Of a DNA stretch of 64,000 bases, positions 37,404 to 50,519 are shown piece after piece. The notes below the pieces were generated by a model. It was not told where the DNA came from, ran no database searches, and was given only the letters and a program-made list of their open reading frames with translations. This DNA comes from Azolla caroliniana (Eukaryota > Plantae > Polypodiophyta): NCBI GenBank assembly GCA_043228905.1, contig JBHGNT010000010.1:9300001-9364000 (forward strand). Reading direction: 5' to 3'. Positions within the stretch are counted from its first letter, which is position 1; each line of letters opens with the position of its first letter. Made by a program: the position numbers and the translations under genes.

Positions 37404-39877
37404 TGTTACTTGTATAGGTGTACGAGAGGGTTAATGGTGTAATGTGTAAGGTGCAATATGAAATGTTAATGTGTGAGTGTGAGGTGGGGTAAGTAGGTGT
37501 AACTACTCCCATTCGGCTTTTTGTAATGTCTTGATCTGATCTTGTATTATTTAAAACCCACCCATGGGGCATGAAAGAAGGAGGCGAAATATAATGAAGT
37601 TACCCTCAACTGTGTATATCTCGATTCCCTCTCTCTCATTCTTTGTGCATCTCTCTCCCTCTTTCTCACATTCGAACGCCCTTGGGAGGGGGGTGGAGCT
37701 GATCTTGGCTCCACCCCCCACCCATCAACACTTGGCATGCCCAAACGACTGACCTTCCCTTAGAGTAGAAGTCTCTCTCTCTCTCCCTCTCTGCTCTGCA
37801 CAAATTTCTCTCACAACCACAATGTGCACTCTCGATTGCAACATTCATTGGTAAAGTTCTTGAACATCGAGAGTCACTACTCACTTTCACACGTATCACG
37901 TGAAATGTAATATTTTTGGTCTCATAGGTCATATTTGACCTCCGAAGACAATAATATAATATAATCTATCTATCTATCTATCTATCTCTATGGTTGTGTG
38001 TTGGTGCAGTTGAAGAAATGGTGGGTGTGCTGTGAGATGGACCATGTTTGTTTGCTGTAACTATACCTATAGTGATCTGAACCCTCTCTATCCTTGTGTC
38101 GTCCACTTCCATGGTTCGTCCACTTCCATGGTCTCTTGGTCTAGATGGTAAGCGTGACCATGGACAAGATCTTTGACTGCTTTGAGATTCTCTGTCCAGT
38201 GTGTGATCATGTCATCTATCTCTATCTCTATCTCCACTCAAACGATCACGAGTGCTCTCCCTAGTCCATTCTACTTCCCCTTCCCTATCATAGTCACATT
38301 ACAATCAGAATCTCCATCCAGCATGTCCTTATCCCTGCATATGCTTCCCTCCTTTCTACTTTTCGAAATATTGTAATCATTACTACGCTCAGTCGTGCGT
38401 GCCTTCATCCACTCTCCCTTGAGTAATCTAACTTCTCCCTTAATATTCAGTCTTTAGAGAATATTCTTGATGATTCTCACACTAGAAGGAGACCATCATG
38501 AGTTTGGGGTCGCTCATTGGCAGAGGGTTAAAAGATCGAGGCCACAAAGATTAGAATCAAAGGAAGCAAGATCGAATCTTCGAATCATTATTGTCATCCT
38601 AAAGACATAACTAGATTAAGAGTTGAGGAGATAGAACATATGAGCTTCAAAGCGGTTGAAGATTGGCAAACGAAGCTACAAAAGAATAAAGGAGAGATGG
38701 CCGAGAAGCGGAGAGTCGACTGAGAGACGGCCAGGCCACAACCGAGAGACGACCGAGAAGCCGAGACTTGGTCGAGAAAGCGGCCGAGAGCCGAGAGTCA
38801 GCTAAGAATCGAGAGTGACGACTGAGAGCCCAGAGCCGACCGAGAGACAGTTGGCCGAGCGCTAACTAAGGGATGGCTGTGAGACGGACGAGTGACGGCC
38901 AATAGATAGAGCCCCCCCAAAGAGCAAGACGGAAGGAGAGGGGAAGAAGGAAAAAATAAGAAGAAGACAAAAGCTAGATTGAAAAGAAGAGATGATGCCG
39001 AAAAAGAAGAAGATACACATAGAGAGAGGGACAAAGATAGAAGAAAGAAACCTAAACAGAGAGGGGTACATGGACAAATTTTCAAAAGCTCAAGGGCCCC
39101 ACCATTAGAATTTCGAAAATAGGAGGGCACATGTCTAAATTTTAAAAGGGCAATTAATGAATATTTAAAAACCGAGGGGTATGATATAAAATTTCGGAAA
39201 CCCAAGAGTACAAAAAACTCATCACCACTCACAATAATGAAGAAATATATATATATATATATATACACCCACACACACATACACCCACAATCATTTTTAA
39301 ACGTAAACGACTTTACCACAATGGACGAACCGATTGGTGTGTGATTGAATTGTGTGATATGCTAACCGAACGAGAAGGTTTGTGTCAAGCCAGCTCCAAT
39401 CGAAGTTATCAATCGTAGAGTAATGAGCCGGTCGAGGGATTTCCAACCGATGAGAGAAGAGAAGATCAATGGGGTTCCGGTCAACGAGTTTTTGGCATGG
39501 GCATGTGGGTTCGACATGCCATGTACTGTCTCTCAGGTGTGCCAAGTGTTACCCATATAGGTGTATAAGGTGTATAAGGTGTATTGTGTAAGGTGCAATA
39601 TGAAATGTTAATGTGTGAGTGTGAGGTGGGGTAAGTAGATGTAACTACCCCCATTCGGCTTTTCGTAATGTCTTGATCAGACCTTGTACTATTTAAACCC
39701 CACTGATGGGGCATGAAAGGAGGAGAAATATAGTGAAGTTACCCTCAACTGTGTCTATCTCGATTCCCCCTCTCTCAATCTCTATGCATGTCTCTCTCTC
39801 TCTCCCTCTTTCTCACATTCGAACCCCCTTGGGAGGGGGGTGGAGCTGATCTTGGCTCCACCTCCCACCCATCAACG
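37404..39877 (+). mobile_element. E5: non-autonomous LTR element related to E4, with inverted tRNA-like sites and no PPT
   Basis: LTRs 37404-37730 and 39547-39877; shares U5 hairpin and 3' internal motifs with E4; sites at 37733 (+) and 39544 (-); flanks GTGAT/TTGTT do not match. Confidence 0.85.
37793..37987 (+). mobile_element. Short 3' end of RTEX-like LINE with (ATCT)n tail, inside E5
   Basis: Near identical to 51285-51470; preceded by a (CT)n tract. Confidence 0.88.
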
Positions 39878-41203
39878 TTGTTGATGGAACCTAGTGCATC
39901 ATAGATCTCCTTGATCTTGGTGGTGTAGTCGGTGACCGACATGTCCCTTTGCCGGATGTTGTTGAGCTCTTGCTGGATCTACAACTTCCGGGCAGTGCTA
40001 CTGGCAGCGAAAATCTTTTTGAGATTTTCCTAGGCTTCCTTCGGCATTTTTGCGTCTCTGATGTAGCCGAGCATTTGATCGTGCACACAGGACATGAGGC
40101 AATAGAACACTTTGCTCAGTACTTGTTCCCAAGCCGGGAAGTCCTTGTGTGCTGGCTCTGACACTACTTCGTTTGCTCCTTCTACATAACTCCAATAGTC
40201 GTGTCCCAATAGGTATTGGTGCATCTTGTATGGTCAAGATGTGTAGTTACTCCGGTCGAGCTTTTCTATAGGAAGCGAGCTTGCGATATGCTTCTGTCCA
40301 TTCTTTCCTTCTTTCTTTCTATTCTTTAATGGAATCTAGGTGTTGGTCTGTCTAAGCTCTTGTGTCGGCCGCAGAGGATTCTCAACCCTCGCGCTCTGAT
40401 ACCATGTGAAGAGTTACTTGCGGAAGTTGGTAGACACAACCGGTTCAGTCGGATAACAACAAAAAATAGAACGAAGGTTTAATGGAAATCTTGAACACAT
40501 AGAGAGTATGCGGGAGAGACAGAAAGAAAGAAAGAAAGAAAGATATATTAACATCTTCTAAGGCCAAAATTGGCCCATGAGACAGTTGGTTTACAACAAA
40601 AATGGGTATTTATCCAATCATCAAAACTAAAATAAAAGTAAAGTAAAAATAGATTAAGCTAAAAGAGTTCTAGTAGTGTACAAAACCTGGTATACTTGAT
40701 AGAAAAGAAGTGACTTTGCACTAAGCCTAATTTCATTTCCACCCAAGCCTCTCGAAAAGAAATGGGAGGTCAAAGGGTTTTGGTGTGGGTGTGACCCATG
40801 GTCCTTGTGTATAGAGTGCCCCAGCCATGGCTTCTAGGTGGTGTAGCTCACGTTCCATTATTTTCTTTATTGCTTCTACATCACATCAAGTTGCTTTGAA
40901 ACCCGGCATCCGAGGGTGTTTGGTTCTTCTTTGATATTTTGCTTCATCAAGGAAAAGCTCGAGTGGTGCAGGTATGTCGACATTCATTGTCTCCCCCTAT
41001 TCCTAAAAACCTTCATTTGTTACATGTTGGTAAACATTAGCAACATTATTGTCAACATTTTGTAACTTATTCTCTTTGTGTTTCAATTATAGGATGTATC
41101 TACCTAATTTCTTTATATCTAGTGTATTTAATAGTTTAGGGAGGGTGGGAGAGGAACCAAGTATGTCTTGGTATTTTTCCCTTATCTCAGCATAGGTGGG
41201 ACA

Positions 41204-41895
41204 TGTTGGGAATATGTCCCTCTAGTGGGAGGAAGAACCGACTGATCGGAAAGCCGATAGTCGATGACAGGGAAGATCCGACTGTTCGGAAAGCCGACAG
41301 TCGAAGACTTGAAAACAATGAGTCAATTGTTTGCGAATTCAACTATTATTATTATGGTAATAATAATGATGATGTTAGGAAACAGTTCTCTCCGGATGGG
41401 GAGAGAGAGAGGAGCGGAGTTGATGAGGGACTCGGCCTCGGCCGAAACCATAATCGTATAAATAGCCAACTCAAGAGACTATATTTGTAAATAGTCTGAA
41501 TGTGCGCTCCATGAGGGCTACGTATGTAAATAGCCAAAAACTTGCATAAGTATATATGTAACTAGGGCAAACTTTAGTTAGTGATGAACAGAGTTAGAAC
41601 GAAAGAGAGCGAGAGAGAGAGAGAAGTGTGAGCCGCGCCATAGCTGTGTGAGTAACAATAGACGCAAAGAGCCCTATGCGGCTGATACACTCGACAGAGT
41701 GTTGTATCCCTCTCGGTATTGTATATCCACTATTCATAGTGAAGAATCTGTTCACCCGTGGTTTTCTCCCATTTTAGGGTTTCCACGTAAATCTCTGTGT
41801 ACATCTATTTATCTTGTCTTTCTAACATTTTTTGTAATTCATATTTCTGCATTGTCTGCTCATTGTGATTTATATTCTGCAATGATTTCTCAACG
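41204..41895 (+). mobile_element. Solo LTR related to C2/C3
   Basis: TGTTGGG...TCAACG; TSD GGACA; CCCGTGGTTTT...GGGTTTCCACGT motif. Confidence 0.88.
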
Positions 41896-44800
41896 GGACA
41901 TTTGCATGTAAAGTGGTACTCATCCTCTATCTCTATGTGGCATAACCTACATATCCTTTCCTCCCTAGGGACTCCATTAGTACGTCTATTCTCAATCTCA
42001 AGTTGGTAAGATGATATTCTAAGTTGACCAATGACAACCCTTAGTGCATGTGGTAAGAAAACATCTAGATATTTTGGCCGCGTAATAAAACCTAACTTAG
42101 AGAAGTGCATGAAGTGTTCCTTATAGTACAACATTTTAGATGGGAGTGACTCTAGTGGGGTGATCCATTTATACCGAGTATAAATTTGCCATATTTCTTG
42201 GCGTATTACTTTATTGCGGTCCTCATGAGAGATTAAAGTGTTATTAATCACGTGGTTGTACTTAAGGGGGGGAAGGTTATTAATGTCTAGACCGTTCCCA
42301 AGAAGCCAACTCACCATCATGCCATACCATGAGCTAGTATAGCCGGACTCATACAGTGCTCGAGAGGCTTTAAAGGCTTCATGGGATATTCTATCATGTG
42401 GTTGGCTATGTATCCTGTGGATAAAGACTAAAAGTTGAAAAAGTGCTTCTACTAACATCGGGGGTAGAGTGAACTCAGCCCTAATAATGTCATGTGGGAC
42501 TGTCGATTTGCTTCGAAGTTGCCATGATAACATCATCACCAATGGTCTCTCTAATTGCGTCCACATGAAAGATGGTAGTGACTGGAGCCCAAACCGCTGG
42601 GAGTCACTAATGAGTCAAAGAGCCACCATTTAGTCCGTGGCTCTTGGAAGTATGCTTGATGGAATTGTCTCTCGAGGAGTGAGAGGGATGTGTGTCCTCT
42701 CGTTAGTCTATCCTTCGCTGCTTGTGTCATCGAAAATTTACCTGAGCGAGCACTGAAAGTGACTCCGAATTAGACATATGATCCAACCACCTCAACTGGG
42801 CTATGGGAGATAGTTAGGTGACTCTTAGCTTTAACTTGGGCCAACGTGTAGAAGATAAGGACTTTAGTTTTCCCTAGATTCACTACCAATCCTCGTTGTG
42901 TGCAAAAGTCATCTAAGGCATTATGGTGCCTTTGTAGGTCATGTTCAGATTCAGAGAGCAAAACTATGTCATCTGCATAGAGCAAGATACGAACCTGCAT
43001 ATCCCCAAGGACTACTCCTTTGCCTCCCTTACGAGCAATAAAATATGTGATCTCATCAATGTAGATCCCAAAAAGAGTCGGAGATAGGGGGCAACCTTGT
43101 TTTACACCAATAGTGCTAGTGAAACAATCGGATATGCCACCTCAGCATTGGACACACCCGGACACTTGTTCATATAGTGCGTAGATGGCCCAAACCATGT
43201 CATCTGGTATCCTCAAGCTTTTAAGCCTATCAAACAACCGCTCTCTAGGGACCGTGTCAAAGGCTCTGCGGAAGTCCACAAAACAACAATATAATTTCTT
43301 TTTGTGAGCCTTAGTATGGTCAATTAAGCATCTAAGTGTGAAGATATGATCAATGGTGGAGAAGGCTCGTCTAAAGCCAGCTTGTTCAGGTGCACGAAGA
43401 TTTAAGGTCTCCATATAATTGCTACGCTCTGCCTCCATTACTGCACCATATAATTTAGCAAGGGTATGACCTATCATAATGGTCCTATATGTATTTGGGT
43501 CCATGCCTCCCCCCCCTTTATGTATGGGGGGCCACTGTGTTCATGGTCCATTGTGGTGGAAAATCCTCAGCAAGGGCACGATTGAAGATTAGAGTTAGCA
43601 AGGGAGCTAGGCACTCTCTCGCATATATGATGTGTTATGCTCGCAATCTTGTGTGGTCCATGGACTACCTACGTTGTAATTTCTTTATGACCTTCGTGAC
43701 CCTACAGGTCGTGAAGAGTGTCCCCGGTCGAGGTGTAGAAGGCATTGGAATGGGTAATTGGTTTGGGATTTGGTAAAGTCTCTATGTATATGTGTGCCAG
43801 GTTTCGGGATCTTCGATGGGTGTTTGTGGTCTTGGTTCCCGTAATCTCTTCCATGCAATGGCGCAATCGCTACTCATGAGCATATGGTAGAGTTCCCAAT
43901 ATTGGGATGCCTCCCATGTTCGTCTCTTACAATGTGTCATCTTGCGCATTTCTTTGCGAGCTTGTATTCAGGTAATACTACCACTGAGTTGCGATATTCT
44001 AAGTTGTCTATGTAAGTACCTACAATCCTCATCATACCATCTATTTTGTGGCATAGATCCTAATCTACCTTGATTGGAGTGTTTCGTATATGGGAAACTA
44101 CTAACTGTTGCAGAGTGAAGGATGTGTGTGAGTTTCGTACTAAGGCTCTCTAAAGGTAGGGAGGGATCAAGGGAGGAGAGATGGGTTTGAACATGTCGTG
44201 CATATATGTCAGAGAGCTCATGTGTGAAATGTATTGTGGTGTGATGGCATGGTTGACTAGAGTTGGTGACGTTAGAGATATCGCATTTTAGCTCGAAGTA
44301 TAAGAAACTATGGTCGCGCCAATAGGGCACGGGGCCACCCGGAAGGAGTTAATCATGTGGGTAGCTTCAGGGCATCCTATTAGATAATCAATTGTGCTTT
44401 CCCCTCCTCCATGTGGGAAACATGTGAGCTCTTCTAAGCCTGGCCACTTGGCTAAACCATTATATATGACCATCTGGTGCCAACTACCAAGTTCGAGCAA
44501 ATGAGGCCAAAGTTCATGGCGTACGCACCTTGATCGTTTGATCTATGTGTGATGCCTATGGCTAATGGATCGACATTTACCATTTCTAGGTTTCTATTCA
44601 TCTGAAATACTGTGCATTGTCAGGATTGGGTTCTCGCATTAAAGTCTCCTACAAGGAATACTTCTGCTTGGGAATAATATCGGATTATGTCATCCGATAG
44701 AGGTTCGTATGGGGAATGCCCGTGTGGCACTCCTTCATCAACTAATCTCGCCTCACCAGCCAAATTATAACGAGAGCCTTTCGGGGGGAAGTAACAAATG

Positions 44801-45533
44801 GTGAAGAATACTATCTTGTCCTTGCTTGTGGAAACTTTCACCCACATAAAACGAGCTTCTGGGTCTGTTCTCAATATTTCTATCCTATTATGTAGCTCTC
44901 TTTGAAACAATATTGCGACACCTCCAGATCCCCTGGTAGTGCATCGACGTGAGGTTTGTCTAAAAGCCGACTCCCAACGAAATCCTTCGACTCGTGGGAG
45001 TCCTCTATTTGGGCTTTGGTGTGTTTCTACTAAGAAAAGTATATCTTATACCTTTAATATCTCCTTTAGGCGGCCAGGGTGTGTCCAGAGTGTGTCATTA
45101 CAATTCCATAAGGTCATCCTAAGTGTATTTTCTGTCACATGGGCCACACGCCGTCAATTCGTAGTGTGATCATTTATGATCACTCGCCCATCTCGATAAA
45201 AGGCGTGATGCCCTTCTTTACGAGCTTGCATAACTCGTGGCATACAACTCTTGCGATGCTCAATTTGCATCTTAGTGAGGTCTTCATTGAGATAGATAGG
45301 GTCCCCACCCAATCCTCGAAGAATTGGTCTCTTCTTAAAGAAAGTGATTCTAGAGTCTAAGTCTTTAAATAGAAGAACTAAGGCTCTTTTCCTAGTTGTG
45401 TCACATCCGGCCCTCCAAGCTTTGGTGATAGGTAGGGCTGTTGTGTACCCTAACATTTTCCCAAGGGTTTGTGCATCCTCGTTTGGGGATGCACCTTCCT
45501 TGAGCCCAGTGACACTCACATTTAGGCGTTGGG

Positions 45534-45959
45534 TGTCAAGATTCGAACTCTTGACATGACCATGTTATAATCGAGTGTTATGTGTTAACCACACATCTAG
45601 CATATAATCATGTATATACTTCCTCATTGTAGGTTTTAGCTAGCATCATCTACATCATTTCTCCCTTGTATTATTAACACTTGGCACATGCATGCGTACC
45701 TACTGCCTACATGCGCTATTGTATCACATGCGTGCAACAGGTATGCATGCCACTTAGTATAAATAGTTGAGTTCACCTTGAAGGAATTCAAGGTGAACAA
45801 CGCCGGTCATGGACATATCAATCTAGTGTTCTCGTTTCGCCCATCTTCTCTCCTTAATCTTCATCTCTATCTTTATGCTCTTGTGTCATTCCGCCGTCGC
45901 TCCGTCGTAGCCTCATCATCCGTGCTCCGTCTTAGTCCGCACTTGGTGTGTCCATGACA
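45534..45959 (+). mobile_element. Solo LTR in LINE ORF1
   Basis: TGTCA...TGACA; TSD TTGGG/TCGGG; TATAAATA near 45758; ORF1 resumes either side. Confidence 0.82.
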
Positions 45960-46841
45960 TCGGGCCTGACGCATTTTCTCCTCTTTAAGGGTGGTATTAA
46001 CAATATTTTCATCTTTTATTTCTTTTTTAATGTTTCTTTTAACCACATCTACCCAACCCGTTTTTGCTAACTCTATGTTATTTTTAACTTCCTCTTTAAC
46101 TTTTTTAATCTCTTCTTTTATATCCTCTATGGAGGATATTTCACCGTCCTCTCGAGCTACCTCGATGTCATTAAGTTGTTTTTTGAGGTTGGTGTTTTCC
46201 TCTTTAAGTTTTTCTATTTCGGCCTTGAGGGCATCTTTTTCCTCTCTATATTTTTTCTTTTGGGTTTCGGCGTCTTTCACCCATTTTTTCATATCCATCT
46301 CTATTTTTGTTAAACGATTAAACATATCTATTTCAAAAATAATACTTTGTAATCTCTATACATAGAATGTGCTCAGAGAGCACTTTTATACAAGTCCTTA
46401 AAGGACTGGCAGAATTACTGACAAGTACTTCAATGCTCATCCTGAGCGACTGACACTAACTCCTAAAAATATGCCTATGTACTAGGCTACGATCGTAGGC
46501 CTACCGGTATCACACCAATCCGAACATCGATCCAACGCTCTGTTCCGAACACCAATCGGGCTTTTTGATCCGATCTGGGCCTAGCCGATCGGTGGTCATC
46601 TGATCCAGCTCTTGACTTGTTCAGCCAATCCGGCCCATGTTGAGCTTGTCCAATCAACAGGAACCCATTGTTTACAACATCAGATGGTTTAGTGTTGGGT
46701 TCTAGACAATGGTTGTCATGAGGAAAAATGTCAGAAGGTCTTGCAAAATTAGTTAGGATTTGGCTGGATTTTTTATCACATTCATGGGAAGAGCAAAAAG
46801 AAATACTAGGTAAGATGCATGGAGGGCAAATAATGTATCAA

Positions 46842-49412
46842 CACGTTCGTGTTCACAAGTGGAAGGATTGCACACAAATGGAAGGATAAGGAATATTCCG
46901 TTTGATTTTGGGGCTTTTTTGGCCATTTCACAAAATACCTTGATACCAGTATCACATGTTCTTGAAAACTTGATGAAAAAGCTAAAATTTTCACCATTTG
47001 GTAAAATTGAAAAATGCCAAATTTTGGCCAAATACGAAAAGTAACTTTGTGTATTTTTAAGGAGAAATTACAACTAGTAGTATTTTAGATCCTAATGAAA
47101 TCATAAATGAAAGATTTCAAAACAATGAACCAAAACAATGAACTTTTTTATTTCATTCGATAAAATGTTGTCTAAATTTGTTACATATCGTTGCACAAAA
47201 AATACATTTAGGAGTTATTTGCATCAATATCATCATTCCATTCATGAGAATCACTACTATAACTAATATACAATTATGGCTCTTCCTCCTCATTTTCAAA
47301 TGTACCAATCAAATCATTGTTTTCACCAAATGGTGTCTCCAAATTGTGTGCACTAAATCTTGTTTGCCTTTAATATGAGATATTTTCTAGACTTGGTAAT
47401 ATCTCTTTTATTATATCTATCGTTGTCATCCTTAAACATCTAACTTTGTTAGTGTAAAGTCATACACAATGATATCCACCTCACTAATGTCAATGATAGA
47501 TGTATTACAAAGGTTTAATGCATCACCACGTCCAAAACTTTACCAATGCAGAATTGGTGCCCTAAGTCATGGCCATCTACATGTGTAGCTATTAATATCC
47601 CCACCTTGAGTTCTTGCAAGTTTCCTTGTCACCTGAGTTATGCTCATGTTGTCATCCTTAGTTCTTCATAAATGTTTCTCTGTTGTAGATGAACCAAACT
47701 ATGAAGATCAACATTTAGTGCTTGAAGTGGTGATTAAGAACCACGAGAATATTTTATAGACCACGTAAATGACATTTGCAAGGTTCAATTACCATCAACA
47801 CAATTATTAATGGTTTTTTGTTAATCAATGAAGCACATGTTCACCATAAGGTGTCTTGTTGTGCAACATACTTCTTTGCAGCATCGATATGCATCTTTTT
47901 CTCTTGTAAAAACAGAGATTTTAGTACAATTCGAGTTCATTTAAACCCTAAACCTCTTTTATTTGAAAAAGAAGAAGATGTCTAAATATGAACTCCATAC
48001 ATTGTATCGAGTTGATGTAAAAAACAAAGTTTTCATCAAAATTCCATATAATGTATCAAATTCATGTTCACAGTTTTTTCCCAGATTTAAAATAATAAAA
48101 TAATAAAAAATTCAAGCTTGAATTGATGAAAAAACCAGATTTTTCACCACAATTCAATACAATGTATCAAGTTCATGTTTAAAGTATTTGTTTTCAATTT
48201 TATTTATTTCCTTTTGGAAAAAAAAACCTTTAAACATAAATTGAAGTGATGAAAAAACCAGAATTTTCATCACAAGTTGATACAATGTATCGAATTCATG
48301 TTTAAAGTTTTTTTTTTCCAAAAGAAAAAAAAATCGAAACAAATTTTAAACAAATTTTAAAAAATTACTTTAAACATGAACTCGATACATTGTATTGAAT
48401 TGTGGTGAAAAATCTGGTTTTTTCATCAACTGAAGCTCAATTTTTTAATTTTAAATCTGGGAAATAAACTTTCTACATGAATTTGGTACATTGTATGGAA
48501 TTGTGATGAAAACTTTGTTTTTTACATCAACTCGATACAATATATCGAGTTCATGTTTACAAATCTTCTTCTTTTTCAAATAAAAGAGGTTTAGGGTTTA
48601 CATGAACTCGAATTGTACTAAAATCTTTGTTTTTACAAGAGTAAAAGACGCATATCAATACTGTAAAGAAGTATGTTGCACAACATGATACCTTATGGTG
48701 AACATGTGCTTCCTTGATTAATAGAAAACCATTAATAATTGTGTTAATGGTAATTGAACCTTGCAAATGCCATTTACTTCACAAATTTTGTAGGGGAATT
48801 CTCAAAATGAAGAAGAAGAGAGCATTGTGGATACCTTGATAACTATGTGATATGTTCAAATTGATTAATGTTTACATCTAAGTTTGGCAGTTTTGACAGT
48901 TTATGAATATCGTCTACATTTTAGGAGTTATGGATTTATCAAAATTGTCTATGAATATTGTATACATTTCTTGAGTTGTGAATTTATGGATGTTAATGAG
49001 CACAAAATTTATAGATGATGGCATTAAGGATTACAATGTTACCTCTTATACTTCAAATATTTTCAAGTCTAACAATAGATGTAACTTCCACTTCTGGAAC
49101 CTACATCTCCTCAAGATGGTGAAACAATTAATCTTAACTTGTGCCTTGAGTTAACCATTGTGATTTTCTTTAAGTTAACTACATTTCATATCTGCAGACC
49201 ATCAACATTTAAACATTTATTGAAAAACTATTCAATTTTAGAAATTATCATTTTGAAACTTGTTAAATCTCAAAAAATTAGCAAATTTTACATGTTATTT
49301 AAAACATGTGATATTAGTGTATCAAGTTTCTAAAAATTGCCTAAAATCGCATGATTATAAAAGGAATTTATAAGTGGAATGCACCATCCTTCCACTTGTG
49401 AACGCGAACATG
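46842..49412. mobile_element. Non-autonomous TIR DNA-transposon-like element
   Basis: ~26-bp inverted termini CAYGTTCGYGTTCACAAGTGGAAGGAT; subterminal inverted block CTTGATAC..TATCACATGTT; flanks TCAA/TTTA. Confidence 0.65.
47765..48777. repeat. ~1-kb inverted repeat with ~420-bp arms
   Basis: Arms ~47765-48187 and ~48363-48777; mirror ORFs 47776+ and 48766-; repeated GATACAWTGTATC units. Confidence 0.92.
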
Positions 49413-49439
49413 TTTATTATCAAATTCAGGAAGCTATGA

Positions 49440-50180
49440 GTAGAGTCAACATACTACCCAATAGCTCTAACCATAGATGGGTTGGGATTTTTTCAAGATT
49501 GGAAGTACTCTTGTCTGTTAAGGGGTATTTAGAGGATAAGACCTACGGTGGATAAAACAAATCCATTGTCTCAGTCGGGGGAAATGGTGACAAATTACCC
49601 TTATGCTATTGAACACAAGATAAGGGTCATTGGATATGCCGATCGTAAATGGTATATTGATCCACGAATAGAGGATATAAGGGCACATTGGAAGTTGCAG
49701 GTGTTGGCTAAAAAACTGGTGTTCAAATTAGATTGGGACCCACTTGATTATCATTGGACCGATCCTTTTACTAGTAACAAGTTTAATTTCTTCCAATATT
49801 CTGTACAGTTGGGAAGACATGTGCTTTCAGATAGACGAGAAGTGTTACCGTCTGCAGTTCAATATTGGAATGAGCAAGGTATTACTCCCTTATTCCTTGC
49901 AAAATTATAGGTTAACCTATGGGCAAGAAAATAGCCACAACAAATACTGCATGTACAATGGTTACTTGTACATCAAGCCTTGCCTGTTGGCTCATGGTTG
50001 CATAGGATGGGCACATCATCTAGTTTTGTTGGATGCCCTTTACAAACTAAAACTCAAAAACATTGTTTAGGGAATGCATTGAGTCTCAACCAATATCGCA
50101 ACATCTCCTTAGAATCTTTGCTAACTATTTTCCCCCATTGGTTTTCATATGGGACATGATGGTTTGGACATCATTGTTGG
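49440..50180 (+). pseudogene. L1 LINE 3' fragment (zf-RVT region)
   Basis: Reading through stops and frameshifts gives WLLVHQALPVGSWL, GCP, and CIESQPISQHLLRIF; boundaries approximate. Confidence 0.65.
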
Positions 50181-50331
50181 CTGCCTTGGATGGCCAAGTA
50201 GGAAAGGCCAAAAAGGAGAAAAGACAAAGGGATGGTTACGACAAGCGAAGAAGACAGGTGGGGCCGTAACGTAATGAAGCGGGAGTGTAACAACCTTAGC
50301 GTAGGGACAACCGAAGCATAATTAACATTGT

Positions 50332-50473
50332 TGTTAGAATATGCGTGGAAACGTATACATGTGTGTATATGAGAACTTGTCGTATGTGTTCAAAAAACCA
50401 CACAGAATGGAGGCAAGAAGATATAACAGAAGATAGACATAGTTGAAGCTTTAATGGAAGCTCTGTTATTGCA

Positions 50474-50519
<46 letters not shown>

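Larger units (their letters stand above)
40520..46330 (-). mobile_element. Long degenerate RTEX-like LINE (ORF1 coiled-coil; ORF2 APE-RT-zinc finger) with (TTTC)n tail
   Basis: ORF1 45154-46325; APE LVGDFNART, STIDY; RT QAGFRRAFSTIDHIF, FVDFRRAFD, LLYADDIVL; C-terminal RICRLCHIEIEDEYHF. Clade call is tentative. Confidence 0.88.
39878..46659 (-). mobile_element. 5' part of a C4-family copia; its LTR is split by a LINE
   Basis: gag 39891-40237; PBS 40393-40404; LTR halves 40405-~40520 and ~46330-46659 match C4 LTR 33561-33996. Confidence 0.85.

Noticed and set aside
39495-39545. tRNA gene (GGTTCGA...CCA)
   Set aside because: No D-arm, anticodon arm or 5' acceptor strand, and the T-loop is interrupted; treated as a primer-related motif instead.
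45873-46325. Coiled-coil host gene
   Set aside because: It is LINE ORF1, continuing into 45154-45519 once the solo LTR is removed.
47776-48766. Paired 69-aa ORFs as duplicated genes
   Set aside because: Mirror products of the palindrome, with non-ATG starts.
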